Numbered from the stretch's first letter, positions 40,582-49,963 are shown. The stretch: 64,000 nucleotides of DNA from an uncultured Gammaproteobacteria bacterium (GCA_964648865.1 CAZYLV010000003.1:33731-97730), one strand, 5' to 3'. The notes: generated by a model from the sequence alone, not told the origin. Numbers and translations: made by a program.

Positions 40582-40932
40582 TCAGACCAATTCGAGCATG
40601 ACCATCTCCGCGGCATCGCCCTGGCGGCGGCCGATCTTGGTGATGCGGGTGTAGCCTCCGGCGCGCGCCTGGTAGCGCGGACCGAGCACCTCGAGCACCT
40701 TCTTGACGGCGCCCTCGGTGTAGAGCTGCTCGGCCAGGCGGCGGCGCGTGGCCACCGAGCTCTCCTTTCCGGTGGTGATGAGGCGCTCCACCAGCGGCTG
40801 CACGGCATGCGCCTTGGCCTTGGTGGTACGGACCCGCTCGTAGAGCACGACGCTCGTGGCCAGCCCGCGGAGCAACGCCTCGCGGGGGCCTTTCACGCGT
40901 CCCAGGATTTTTCCGGTCTTCCGGTGCCGCAT
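40582..40932 (-). CDS. rplQ: 50S ribosomal protein L17
   Basis: MRHRK, TTKAKA, GGYTRI, RQGDAA. Confidence 0.98.
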   Translation of the reverse strand: MRHRKTGKILGRVKGPREALLRGLATSVVLYERVRTTKAKAHAVQPLVERLITTGKESSVATRRRLAEQLYTEGAVKKVLEVLGPRYQARAGGYTRITKIGRRQGDAAEMVMLELV

Positions 40933-40933
40933 A

Positions 40934-41773
40934 TCAGGAGGACTTCTTCTTGGCCTTCTTCTTGGGCGCCTCCTCGCCCGCTTCCTCGACCTCGGCGGTC
41001 TCCTCGGCCGGCGCCTCCTCAAGCTCCGGCGCCTGGGCCATCATGGTGTCGTCGGCGACGATGTCCGTGGAGCCGTCGCCGGCGCCTTCCAGCCCGTTGA
41101 GCAGGCTGAAGTGGCGCAGCAGGATCTTGTTGGCCTCGAGCACGGCGTCCTTGGGCGTGATGGTGCCGTCGGTCTCGATGGTCATCATCAGCTTGTCGTA
41201 GTTGGTGATGTCGCCGACGCGGGTGTTCTCCACCTGGAAGCCGACGGTGCGGACCGGGGAGAACAGGGCGTCCACGGCGATCGTGCCGAGCTCCATCTTC
41301 TCCTTGTCGCGCTCCTCGGTGGGACGCCAACCGCGGCCGCGCTCGACGGTCACCTCCATCTCGAGCGAGCCCTTCTTGTCCGTGATGGTGCACAGGTGCA
41401 GGTCCGGATTGGCGATCTCGACCTGGGCATCCTTGGAGAAGTCTCCGGCCGTGACGTCGCGTTCGCCGTCCACGGAGAGGGTCAGCTTGACCGGCTCCTC
41501 GGAGAAGGACGAGATGCGCACCTGCTTGAGGTTGAGGATGAGCTCGAGCACGTCCTCCTTGACGTCGGGGATGGCCGAAAACTCGTGCTGCACGCCCTTG
41601 ATGCGCACCGCGGTGATGGCGGCACCGGGCAAGGAGGACAGCAGGGCACGGCGCAGGGCGTTGCCGATGGTCGTGCCGTAGCCCTGGGTGAACGGTTCCA
41701 CGACGAGCATGGCCTCGTTGGCGTGGCTCCCGGGGCGCAGCTCGATCTTGGACGGGTAGAGGATGTCCTCCAT
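40934..41773 (-). CDS. rpoA: RNA polymerase alpha subunit lacking a recognisable alpha-CTD
   Basis: GYGTTIGNALRR, HEFS, DALFSPV, TDGTITP; ends in an acidic/Lys tail. Confidence 0.97.
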   Translation of the reverse strand: MEDILYPSKIELRPGSHANEAMLVVEPFTQGYGTTIGNALRRALLSSLPGAAITAVRIKGVQHEFSAIPDVKEDVLELILNLKQVRISSFSEEPVKLTLSVDGERDVTAGDFSKDAQVEIANPDLHLCTITDKKGSLEMEVTVERGRGWRPTEERDKEKMELGTIAVDALFSPVRTVGFQVENTRVGDITNYDKLMMTIETDGTITPKDAVLEANKILLRHFSLLNGLEGAGDGSTDIVADDTMMAQAPELEEAPAEETAEVEEAGEEAPKKKAKKKSS

Positions 41774-41774
41774 A

Positions 41775-42386
41775 TTAGCGGCTATAGAATTCGACGATGA
41801 CCTTGGGGTCGAACGGCTGGCGGAGCTCCTCGCCTGCCGGTTCGGCGACGACCTTGCCGGAGAAGGCGGCGGCGTCCAGCGAGAGCCAGCTCGGGAGCTG
41901 GGCGTCCTTGATCCGCTCCGTGAGGTCGCCGAACAGCGGCGACTTCCGGATGCGCTCGCGCACCGAGACGACGTCGCCGACGCGCACCTGCGCGCTCGGG
42001 ACGTCCACGCGCGTGCCGTTCACCTCGAAGTGCCCGTGCGAGACCATCTGGCGGGCCTGGCGGCGGTTGGCGGCGAAGCCCAGGCGGAAGACCACGTTGT
42101 CCAGGCGCATCTCGAGCATCCGGACGATCATCTCGGCGGTGTTGCCACGGGTCTTGGAGGCCTTCTTGAAATAGTTGAAGAACTGGCGCTCGTTGACGCC
42201 GAAGATGTGCTTGGCCATCTGCTTCTCGCGCAGCTGGAGCGCGAAGGGGGTCAGACGCGGACGGCGGCTCGGCCCGTGGGCGCCCGGCGGGAAGCTGCGG
42301 CGCAGCGCGGCGCACTTCTTGCGTCCGCAGAGCGAGACGCCGGCGCGGCGGCAAGGTTTGCAGGTGTTGGCGAGGGTGCGCGGCAT
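41775..42386 (-). CDS. rpsD: 30S ribosomal protein S4
   Basis: PPGAHG, QLREKQ, LEMRLDNVV, VEFYSR. Confidence 0.98.
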   Translation of the reverse strand: MPRTLANTCKPCRRAGVSLCGRKKCAALRRSFPPGAHGPSRRPRLTPFALQLREKQMAKHIFGVNERQFFNYFKKASKTRGNTAEMIVRMLEMRLDNVVFRLGFAANRRQARQMVSHGHFEVNGTRVDVPSAQVRVGDVVSVRERIRKSPLFGDLTERIKDAQLPSWLSLDAAAFSGKVVAEPAGEELRQPFDPKVIVEFYSR

Positions 42387-42390
42387 AGGA

Positions 42391-42855
42391 TCAGATGCGG
42401 CGGGCGCCCGGCGCGCGGCAGCCGTTATGCGGGATCGGCGTGACGTCCTTGATGGAGGTCACGGTCAGCCCGTTGGCGTTGAGGGCGCGCACCGCGCCTT
42501 CGCGGCCGGCGCCGATGCCCTTGACGAAGACCGAGACCTCGCGCAGCCCGACGTCCTTGAGGCGGTCGCAGACGTCCTTGACCGTGACGGAGGCGGCGTA
42601 CGGCGTGGCCTTCTTGGGGCCGGTGAAGCCCATCTTCCCGGAGGACGACCAGCCCAGCACGTTGCCGTTGGCGTCGGCCAGGGTGACGATGGTGTTGTTG
42701 TAGGTGGCCTGGATGTAGGCGCGGCCGATCGGGACCGTGCGCACGGCCTTCTTGCGCCGCGCGCGCGGCGCGGCCTTCTCCTTCTTGGCGCCCGTGCCCT
42801 CCGTGGCGGGGGTCTCGGCGGCGGGCGCGGCGGTGGTCGTCTCGAGTTCGTCCAT
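42391..42855 (-). CDS. rpsK: 30S ribosomal protein S11
   Basis: ATYNNTIVT, KKATPYAA, DVTPIPHNGCR. Confidence 0.98.
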   Translation of the reverse strand: MDELETTTAAPAAETPATEGTGAKKEKAAPRARRKKAVRTVPIGRAYIQATYNNTIVTLADANGNVLGWSSSGKMGFTGPKKATPYAASVTVKDVCDRLKDVGLREVSVFVKGIGAGREGAVRALNANGLTVTSIKDVTPIPHNGCRAPGARRI

Positions 42856-42860
42856 AGTCA

Positions 42861-43256
42861 TCAGGTCTTGAGGCCGGCCTTGACGCGACCGCTGCCCATC
42901 GTCTTGCGGACGTTGCCGCGCACGGTGCGGGAGTTGGTCTTGGTGCGCTGGCCACGGACCGGCAGGCGCTTGATGTGGCGCGTGCCGCGCCAGCTGCCGA
43001 TCTCCTTGAGCCGCTTGATGTTGCTGAGCGTCTCACGGCGCAGCTCGCCCTCCACACGGAAGGTCTTCTCGATGAACTCACGCAGACGGTTGACCTCGTC
43101 CTCGGTCAGCGTCTGGACGCGCTTGGTGCCGTCGATCTTGGTCTTGTCCAAGGCTTCGGCGGCTCGATGCGCCCCGACGCCGTGGATGTACTGCAAGGCG
43201 ACCAAGGTGCGCTTGTTCTGCGGGAGCGTGATACCGGCGATGCGTGCGACAGCCAT
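42861..43256 (-). CDS. rpsM: 30S ribosomal protein S13
   Basis: ARIAG, LPVRGQRTKTNSRT. Confidence 0.98.
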   Translation of the reverse strand: MAVARIAGITLPQNKRTLVALQYIHGVGAHRAAEALDKTKIDGTKRVQTLTEDEVNRLREFIEKTFRVEGELRRETLSNIKRLKEIGSWRGTRHIKRLPVRGQRTKTNSRTVRGNVRKTMGSGRVKAGLKT

Positions 43257-43272
43257 AATCAAGAGATGCGGC

Positions 43273-43386
43273 TCAACCCTGCCGCTGCTTGTGCTTCGGG
43301 GTCTTGCAGACGACCATCAGCCGACGGTTGCGGCGGATGACCTTGCAGTCCCGGCAGATCTTTTTCACCGACGAGCGGACTTTCAT
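43273..43386 (-). CDS. rpmJ: 50S ribosomal protein L36 (missing from the ORF track)
   Basis: Manual translation [37 protein letters not shown]. Confidence 0.97.
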   Translation of the reverse strand: MKVRSSVKKICRDCKVIRRNRRLMVVCKTPKHKQRQG

Positions 43387-43388
43387 GC

Positions 43389-43619
43389 TCAGTACCGATA
43401 GATGATGCGGCCTTTGGTGAGGTCGTACGGCGTGAGTTCGACTTTCACCTCATCGCCCGGAAGGATGCGGATGCGATGCATGCGCATGCGACCCGAGAGG
43501 TGGCCGATGATGGTGTGTCCGTTCTCCAACGTGATCTTGAACGCCGCCGCGGGCAGCATCTCGATCACTTTGCCGCGGACCTCGATGAAGTCCTTGGACG
43601 GACTCTGCTGTTCACCCAT
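43389..43619 (-). CDS. infA: Translation initiation factor IF-1
   Basis: [29 protein letters not shown]. Confidence 0.98.
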   Translation of the reverse strand: MGEQQSPSKDFIEVRGKVIEMLPAAAFKITLENGHTIIGHLSGRMRMHRIRILPGDEVKVELTPYDLTKGRIIYRY

Positions 43620-43708
43620 GTGCGGGAGAATCTAACACAACAGAAAAGCTCGGGCAACCCCCCTGGACACGGGGGCAGGGACGCCCAGACGACGTCGAAA
43701 CTGGCGAA

Positions 43709-43737
43709 ACTATACCGGTTGCCGGAAATCCCGTCAA
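43709..43737 (-). promoter_or_regulatory. Strong promoter TTGACG-17-TATAGT of the infA-alpha operon
   Basis: Near-consensus hexamers with a 17-nt spacer. Confidence 0.75.
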
Positions 43738-43781
43738 TAGAGCCAGTGTGGACGGAATCGCCCGCGCAACAGAGCGCAAAA

Positions 43782-45635
43782 TCATGCTCCGGAGGGACCC
43801 GCCACGGTGGCCTTGATGCGTCGGATTCCGGCGGCCACGGCTTCTTCCTTCTGGATCCTGAAGCTCCCCAGCTCCCCGGTGTGGGTGACGTGCGGTCCGC
43901 CGCAGATCTCCACGGAGTAGTAACCCTTCTCCGGGCTGCCGGCGCGGTAGACCTTCACCTTGCCGCCGATTTGGGCGTACTTGTCGTCGAAGTAACCGAT
44001 GGCTCCGGCGGCCTTGGCCTCCTCCGTGGTCATCTCCACGTATCCCATCGGCAGGTCGTCGGCGATGGCTTTGTTGACCATGTCCTCGACGGCCTTGATC
44101 TCCTCAGGCGTCATCTTCTGCGGGTGCGTGAAGTCGAACCGCAGCCGCTCGGCGGTGATGTTGCTCCCCTTCTGCTGCACGTGCTCGCCGAGCACGTTCT
44201 TGAGCGCGCGGTGCAGGAGGTGGGTCGCGGTGTGCAGGCGCGTCGTCTCCGCGGAGCTGTCGGCCAGCCCGCCCTTGAAGACGCCGGCCGCCGCACGCGA
44301 CTTCTCCTGGTGCGCACGGAACTCGTCCCAAAAACCAGGCTCGTCCACGCCGCGCCCGCGCTCCTTGGCCAGCTCGACGGTCATCTCGAGCGGGAATCCG
44401 TAGCTCTGGAAGAGGTCGAAGGCGTCCTTGCCGGCGATCGTCTCGGTCGCGCTGGACTCCTCGGCGAGCCGCTCGAACGCCGCGAGCCCGCGCTCGATGG
44501 TCCGTTCGAACTTCTCCTCCTCCTTGCTGAATTCGGCCAGGATGGCGTCCCGCTTCTCCCGCAAGTTGGGATACGCGTCGCCGTAGAGGTCGATGACCAC
44601 GTCGAGCAGTCCCGCCAGACGGTTCTGCCCGAAGCCGAGCGTGCGGCCGTACCGGATGGCGCGGCGGATGAGCCGGCGCAGGATGTAACCGCGGTCGACG
44701 TTGGTCGGCACGACGCCATCGGAGAGCATGAAGCAGGCCGTGCGCACGTGGTCGGCCACGATGCGCTCGGCGCGGTCGTCGCGGCTCCCCGCCTCCCGGG
44801 CGATCCAGTCCATGAGCGGCGAAAAGAGATCCGTCCCGAAGACCGTGCGCTTGCCCTGCATGACCATGGCGATGCGCTCCAGCCCCATGCCGGTGTCGAC
44901 GTTCTTCTGGGTCAGCGGCTCGAAGCGCCCGTCCTCCGTCTTGCGGTACTCCATGAAGACGTCGTTCCAGACCTCAATGAAGCGTCCGCAGTCGCAGTTG
45001 GGATGGCAGCGCTCGCCGAAGGCCGCGTCGTGCGGCGTCCCCAAATCGATGAACATCTCGGTGTCCGGACCGCACGGGCCGGTCTGCCCGGCCGGACCCC
45101 ACCAGTTCTTGCTCTTGCCGTAGGGATAGATGCGCGCACCGCTGCCGATATCCGGTGCGGCGGCGTCCCCTACCGTGGCGTCGATGCCGACGGAGCGGAA
45201 GCGCTCCTGCCAGACGCGGATGGACTCCTCGTCCTTGGGCGCGTCCTCGTCGCCCGAAAAGACGGAGACATACAGACGCTGCGGGTCGATGCCGAGCCAC
45301 TCCGTGCCGGTGAGGAAGGTGAAGCTCCACTCGATGGCTTCCTTCTTGAAGTAATCGCCCAATGACCAGTTGCCGAGCATCTCGAAGAACGTGTCGTGGC
45401 GGTTGTCACCGACCTCGTCGATGTCCTGCGTGCGGACGCACTTCTGGACGTTGGCAAGCCGCTTGCCGCCCGGGTGCGGCTCGCCGAGCAGGTACGGGAC
45501 AAGCGGATGCATCCCGGCCGTGGTGAACAGCACGGTCGGGTCGTTCTCGGGCACCAGCGAGGCGCTCGGGATGATGGTATGGCCGCGCTCCTCGAAGAAG
45601 CGCAGGAACAGCTGGCGAAGTTCGGCACCGGTCAT
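43782..45635 (-). CDS. alaS: Alanine-tRNA ligase, short form without C-Ala domain
   Basis: FTTAGM, HDTFFEMLGN, DTGMGLER, HTATHLL, ICGGPHV; ends after GIRRIKA. Confidence 0.97.
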   Translation of the reverse strand: MTGAELRQLFLRFFEERGHTIIPSASLVPENDPTVLFTTAGMHPLVPYLLGEPHPGGKRLANVQKCVRTQDIDEVGDNRHDTFFEMLGNWSLGDYFKKEAIEWSFTFLTGTEWLGIDPQRLYVSVFSGDEDAPKDEESIRVWQERFRSVGIDATVGDAAAPDIGSGARIYPYGKSKNWWGPAGQTGPCGPDTEMFIDLGTPHDAAFGERCHPNCDCGRFIEVWNDVFMEYRKTEDGRFEPLTQKNVDTGMGLERIAMVMQGKRTVFGTDLFSPLMDWIAREAGSRDDRAERIVADHVRTACFMLSDGVVPTNVDRGYILRRLIRRAIRYGRTLGFGQNRLAGLLDVVIDLYGDAYPNLREKRDAILAEFSKEEEKFERTIERGLAAFERLAEESSATETIAGKDAFDLFQSYGFPLEMTVELAKERGRGVDEPGFWDEFRAHQEKSRAAAGVFKGGLADSSAETTRLHTATHLLHRALKNVLGEHVQQKGSNITAERLRFDFTHPQKMTPEEIKAVEDMVNKAIADDLPMGYVEMTTEEAKAAGAIGYFDDKYAQIGGKVKVYRAGSPEKGYYSVEICGGPHVTHTGELGSFRIQKEEAVAAGIRRIKATVAGPSGA

Positions 45636-45669
45636 AAGAGGAGGACTCTACCGGAAACGACCGGACCTG

Positions 45670-46209
45670 TCACCGGCACTCCCCGCTCTGATCCTGGTAA
45701 CACCGCCATTTCTGCGTGGAACCCTCGATCCGGATCTCCGGCACGGAACCCAGCGTCATCTCCGCGGTCTTCTCGACCATCTCCTTGATCCGCGGATCGT
45801 CGCAGGTGCCGGCGGAGATGGGATACGGCGCGATGTCGACGACGGTCTTACCGTCCTCCTCGGTGACCGTCGCCCGGACGTCCTGGGCGCCGAGCGGGTT
45901 GTACAGCCCGAGCAGCTCGGCCTCGGCGTGCCGCACGGCGAACATGGTGTTGAGGTTGGTCTCGAGCGCCGGACGGTCGCTGCGCGGCACGGCCGTGCGC
46001 TGCAGGGTCAAGCGGTCGCCGCAGCCGAAGGTCGTCGGGACCGGCGCACGGTCGTAGGCGGTGGTGTCGTTGACGGCCACCAGGAAGTAGACGGCCTCGA
46101 CGGTCGTGGACGGCGCGGGAGCGGGACCGGGCGCGATCCCCTCCCGGGCGCAGCCGGCACCGATGAGGACGATGGCGGCGGCGATGATGGACAGGTTCTT
46201 ACCAGACAT
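45670..46209 (-). CDS. Lipoprotein, possibly GerMN-like
   Basis: Lipobox IGAGC; AGTCDDPRI..MVEKTA. Confidence 0.7.
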   Translation of the reverse strand: MSGKNLSIIAAAIVLIGAGCAREGIAPGPAPAPSTTVEAVYFLVAVNDTTAYDRAPVPTTFGCGDRLTLQRTAVPRSDRPALETNLNTMFAVRHAEAELLGLYNPLGAQDVRATVTEEDGKTVVDIAPYPISAGTCDDPRIKEMVEKTAEMTLGSVPEIRIEGSTQKWRCYQDQSGECR

Positions 46210-47071
46210 AGTTCTTGAAGGCCCAGTGCGCGAGCGCCTTGGTTTCATCAAAGGATCCCTCCCGCGTCTCCGCACCCAACGTGACGACGATGACCTCACG
46301 GCCGTTCTGCCGGGCACGGATGGCGAGGTTATAGCGGGATTCGTCCAGGTAGCCGGTCTTGCCGCCGGTGATGTAGATGTCAGGATCGACGACCAGGAGC
46401 CGGTTGGTGTTCTTGACGTCCTTCCGCTCGGCGCCCGGCGCGTAGGCCGTGAAGCGGTACGTGAAGGTCGTGGTGTAGCGGCGGATGTTGTCGTTGGCGA
46501 AGGCGTAGCGCGCAAGCGCCGCGACGTCGCGGGCGGAGGTCATGTTGCGCACGTCCATGCCCGAGGGGTCGACGTACCGGGTCTGCGTCATCCCGAGCGT
46601 CGCCGCGCGGATGTTCATCTCGCGCAGGAACGCCGCCTCGGACAGCCCGGAGACGCGCATCAGGAGCATCGCGGCGTTGTTGGCGGAGCCCACCAGCGTG
46701 CTGGCGAAGGCGTCGCGCCAGGTGAAGCGCGCGCCCTCCGGCAGGCGCAAGCGCCCGCCGCCGACTTCGTCCGCGGCAGCGAGCGTCACCGTGCGGTTCC
46801 AGGAGGGCTTCTGCTCCAGGGCGATGACCGCGGTCATCAGCTTGGTGAGCGAGGCGGCCACGTGCGGATCGTCCGCCCGCTGGCTGAAGAGTTCCTCACC
46901 GGTCGCGGCGTCGATGACGATGGCGGACCGGGTGGTCAGCGTCTCGCGCGGGAACTTGGCATAGTCCGCCTTGAGCGTCGGCGGCCTTGGCGGCACATGC
47001 GCGGCCAGTGCGGCCTGCGGCAGCACAAGCGCGGCGAGAGCCGTCAAGACAATGGCGTATCGGGACGTCAT
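46199..47071 (-). CDS. D-Ala-D-Ala carboxy/endopeptidase (S11)
   Basis: Signal peptide, ASLTKLMT (SxxK), SAN, KTGY. Confidence 0.93.
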   Translation of the reverse strand: MTSRYAIVLTALAALVLPQAALAAHVPPRPPTLKADYAKFPRETLTTRSAIVIDAATGEELFSQRADDPHVAASLTKLMTAVIALEQKPSWNRTVTLAAADEVGGGRLRLPEGARFTWRDAFASTLVGSANNAAMLLMRVSGLSEAAFLREMNIRAATLGMTQTRYVDPSGMDVRNMTSARDVAALARYAFANDNIRRYTTTFTYRFTAYAPGAERKDVKNTNRLLVVDPDIYITGGKTGYLDESRYNLAIRARQNGREVIVVTLGAETREGSFDETKALAHWAFKNYVW

Positions 47072-47173
47072 GTCCCTACCGTACCAGATTCCCGCGCCTG
47101 TGGAAAGATGCGTTTGACCGCGGACGAGAGGCTGTGGTACGCCGGAAACAGAACCCTTCACCGCAGGAGACCT

Positions 47174-47527
47174 ATGTCCGGCATCGCCGACATCATCTCT
47201 GCCTGCGGCTACGCGCTCGCCGACAAGCACGGCGCAGCGCTCGGGCAGATCTGGCGCGAGATGCGCCACTACGCGATCCTCAAGGAGGAACGCCGCGCGC
47301 ACGGGCGGCTCCTCCGGCTGTTGCGGCACCGGCGCCGACGCCGGCTGCTCATCGCCCGGCTCAGCGAACAGGGCGGTTTCTGGCTGCTCGGCGTCTACGG
47401 ACGCCGCTTCGTGCCGGAGATGGAGGAACTGGCGGCGCGGCTCGCCGCCGAGGCCCGGGTGCGCTGCGAGGTCCGGCTCTCCAACGAGGGCCCGCACTTC
47501 GAGTCGCTCCCGGATTTCACGTGCTGA
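47174..47527 (+). CDS. Hypothetical Arg-rich protein (ORFan)
   Basis: AGGAG RBS, TTGACC upstream, convergent hairpin downstream. Confidence 0.65.
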   Translation: MSGIADIISACGYALADKHGAALGQIWREMRHYAILKEERRAHGRLLRLLRHRRRRRLLIARLSEQGGFWLLGVYGRRFVPEMEELAARLAAEARVRCEVRLSNEGPHFESLPDFTC

Positions 47528-47556
47528 ACAAAAAGACCGTCACGGGGTGACGGCTA
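47528..47556 (-). terminator. Terminator of the 47554 gene
   Basis: Minus strand GCCGTCA-CCCCG-TGACGGT-CTTTTTGTT. Confidence 0.65.
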
Positions 47557-47994
47557 GGCCTGGAAGTCAGCGAGCGTCAGCTCGCCAGACCCGATACGTC
47601 GGAGGAGATGGCGCACCGGTTGCACGTCCTCCTCGAAGGACAGCAGGCCTTTCATCCTCCCATGGCGATGCTGCGCCACCACCGACTCGATCGTGAACAC
47701 CGCATCCCGGATCCCCTCTGCGTTGGCGCGCAGGAACGGATACAGGAGCTTGGCGTAGACGTCGAGATGCGGGATCCGCCTGGGAATCCGCGTGGCGAGC
47801 CGCGAGCATGAGATCCACCCGACGACGTCGCAGAGCACCTGGTGCGTCTTCTCGACGTCGAGGCCGAGGGGGTTGTCCTCCGCGAACCACTCGGGGTGCG
47901 CCCGCCAGTTCTCGATGGGCCAGGTGCCGATATCGATCACGTTGAGCGCAAGGAGCAGCTGATCGCCACGGATGGTGGCTTCGGTCTTTGGCAT
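47554..47994 (-). CDS. Hypothetical protein (paralog A)
   Basis: GGAGG RBS; similarity to 48036-48332. Confidence 0.7.
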   Translation of the reverse strand: MPKTEATIRGDQLLLALNVIDIGTWPIENWRAHPEWFAEDNPLGLDVEKTHQVLCDVVGWISCSRLATRIPRRIPHLDVYAKLLYPFLRANAEGIRDAVFTIESVVAQHRHGRMKGLLSFEEDVQPVRHLLRRIGSGELTLADFQA

Positions 47995-48035
47995 GGTACC
48001 TCCTGCGTGCATTGAAGATCCGCCGGCGCGCGCCA

Positions 48036-48332
48036 TCAACCCCCGGCGATGTCCGAGAAGAAAGCCTCGACCGATGCGCGGTCGGCCTTCCGGGCCAGGA
48101 GCCGAGCGACCGTGTCGACCTCGAAGACGGCAGAGACGATGCCCTCCCTGGCAGGCCCCAAGGTCAGGCGCATCCTCTCGAGCTCGGCGCGCTCGAAGTA
48201 GACCAGGCGTGTCGGACGATACAGGTGCCGGATCCGCGCGAGCACCCTCGGCTCGATGGGCTCCATGCATGCCTGGAGCATGTCGAGGGCGAACACGAGA
48301 CGCGCACCGGTGATGATCCTTGTCTCCATCAT
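48036..48332 (-). CDS. Hypothetical protein (paralog B)
   Basis: GAGGAGG RBS; similarity to 47554-47994. Confidence 0.65.
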   Translation of the reverse strand: MMETRIITGARLVFALDMLQACMEPIEPRVLARIRHLYRPTRLVYFERAELERMRLTLGPAREGIVSAVFEVDTVARLLARKADRASVEAFFSDIAGG

Positions 48333-48372
48333 TCCTCCTCACGGAGGAGCTAACCCGATGCGGAGAGGGCCG

Positions 48373-49449
48373 TCAAGCGCCGGCGATCGTCCCGCCGCCG
48401 AGGCAGACCTCGCCGTCGTAGAAGACCGCGGCCTGACCGGGGGTCACGGCGCGCACCGGCTGGGCGAAACGCACCGCAAGCCCATGCTCGCCTGCGGCGA
48501 CCTGTGCGGGGACGATCTCTTGCCGATGCCTGATGCGGACCCCGAGCGTCGCCGGCAGCGGGGGGGCGGCGCCGATCCAATGCGCGTCGACGACCGTGGC
48601 GCGCCCGCTCTCGAGAAGCCCCTCGTCCTGCGCCACGACCACGTGCCGCGTCGCGGGCTGCGTGGCCACGACGTACCACGGCTCCCCGCCGCCGACGCCA
48701 AGCCCGTGCCGCTGGCCGACGGTGAAACGGTGCACGCCCTGATGCCTTCCCACGACCTCCCCGGACACGGTGACGATGTCGCCCGGCGCGTCCGGGATGC
48801 GCTGCCGCAGGAACTCGGGCAGGGAGATCTTGCCGACGAAGCAGATGCCCATGCTCTCCGCCTTGTCCGCCGTCGGCAGGCCGCGGCCGCGCGCCGCCGC
48901 GCGCACCTGCGCCTTGGTGAGATGGCCGATCGGAAAGAGCGTGCGACGCAAGAGCCGCTGCGGCAACCGGTTGAGGAAGTACGTCTGGTCCTTGTCGACG
49001 TCGACCGCCTGCAGCAACGCGCTCCCGTCCGCGCCGTGGCGGACCTGGGCGTAGTGGCCGGTGGCGATCCAGCGGCAGCCAAGCCGGTCGGCCGCGGCGG
49101 CCAACGCCGGGAACTTGACGTGTTCGTTGCAGCGCACGTCCGGATTGGGCGTGCGACCGGCGGCGTACTCGGCATAGAGCGGATCGACGACCGCGGCGCG
49201 GAAGGCCGCCTCGGCGTCCACCGTGACCAGGGGGACCCCCAAACGCGCGGCCACGGCCAGGGCATCGCGCCGTTCGCTCTTCCAGGCGCACTCCCCCTTC
49301 TCATCCTTGGTGTCCGACCAGTTCTTGAGGAAGCAGCCGACCACGTCGAAACCCGCGGCGACGAGCAGCGCCGCGGCGGACGAGGAATCCACCCCGCCGG
49401 ACATGCCGACGAGGACGCGCCCCTCCTGCTGGGTGTGGGATGTCGTCAT
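48373..49449 (-). CDS. mnmA: tRNA-specific 2-thiouridylase
   Basis: MSGGVDSS, GRTPNPD..CN, ATGHY, KDQTYFL, PGQAAV. Confidence 0.98.
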   Translation of the reverse strand: MTTSHTQQEGRVLVGMSGGVDSSSAAALLVAAGFDVVGCFLKNWSDTKDEKGECAWKSERRDALAVAARLGVPLVTVDAEAAFRAAVVDPLYAEYAAGRTPNPDVRCNEHVKFPALAAAADRLGCRWIATGHYAQVRHGADGSALLQAVDVDKDQTYFLNRLPQRLLRRTLFPIGHLTKAQVRAAARGRGLPTADKAESMGICFVGKISLPEFLRQRIPDAPGDIVTVSGEVVGRHQGVHRFTVGQRHGLGVGGGEPWYVVATQPATRHVVVAQDEGLLESGRATVVDAHWIGAAPPLPATLGVRIRHRQEIVPAQVAAGEHGLAVRFAQPVRAVTPGQAAVFYDGEVCLGGGTIAGA

Positions 49450-49452
49450 CTC

Positions 49453-49483
49453 AGAAAAAAGAGGGGCGCGCAGGCGGCCCCTT
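49453..49483 (-). terminator. Terminator of the CYTH-like gene
   Basis: Minus strand AGGGGC..GCCCCT-CTTTTTT. Confidence 0.6.
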
Positions 49484-49963
49484 TCATCGGCCGTCGACCT
49501 GGCCGAGCAGCTTGCGGTATCGCCGCAGCAGGTTGATGGTCGTGTACCGGAAGTCTCCGGTCAGCTCTTCCGCCGCCCAGGGCGGGATCTCCAAGGTCTC
49601 ATCCCCGGCCACCTCCACGAAGCCGAGCGCCAGGCCGCAGTCGGGCTTGGTGATGCGGTCGACCGTCCAGACGCGTCCCCGGCCTTCACGGAGGTCCGTC
49701 TCGGCGCGGCTGACGACGATGTGGAACGTGTCCTCCCGCTTCTCGATGGCGCCGCGGATCGTCTCCACGGACCACTCGATGCTGCGGATCTCCTCGTCGC
49801 CCTCGTAGATGCGGACCAGGCCCGTAGGCCGGGTCCAGTCGTACTCGGCCGTCGTGTCCTCCGAGAACAACGCGAAGGTGATGATCTCTTGCGCCGCCAG
49901 GGTCGTGTCGATCCGCCCTGGGAGCACGCGGAAGACCCGGAATGTCCTTTGGGTTTCGTCCAT
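49484..49963 (-). CDS. Degenerate CYTH-like protein
   Basis: IEKRE, W.VD, GL...VEV, PPW..EELTGD.RY; ExExK replaced by ETQRT; TTGACG-17-TAGGGT promoter and GGAGG. Confidence 0.65.
   Translation of the reverse strand: MDETQRTFRVFRVLPGRIDTTLAAQEIITFALFSEDTTAEYDWTRPTGLVRIYEGDEEIRSIEWSVETIRGAIEKREDTFHIVVSRAETDLREGRGRVWTVDRITKPDCGLALGFVEVAGDETLEIPPWAAEELTGDFRYTTINLLRRYRKLLGQVDGR

Noticed and set aside
43782-45635. Truncated AlaRS as a pseudogene or novelty
   Set aside because: Catalytic and editing motifs are intact, and C-Ala-less AlaRS is known in reduced genomes.
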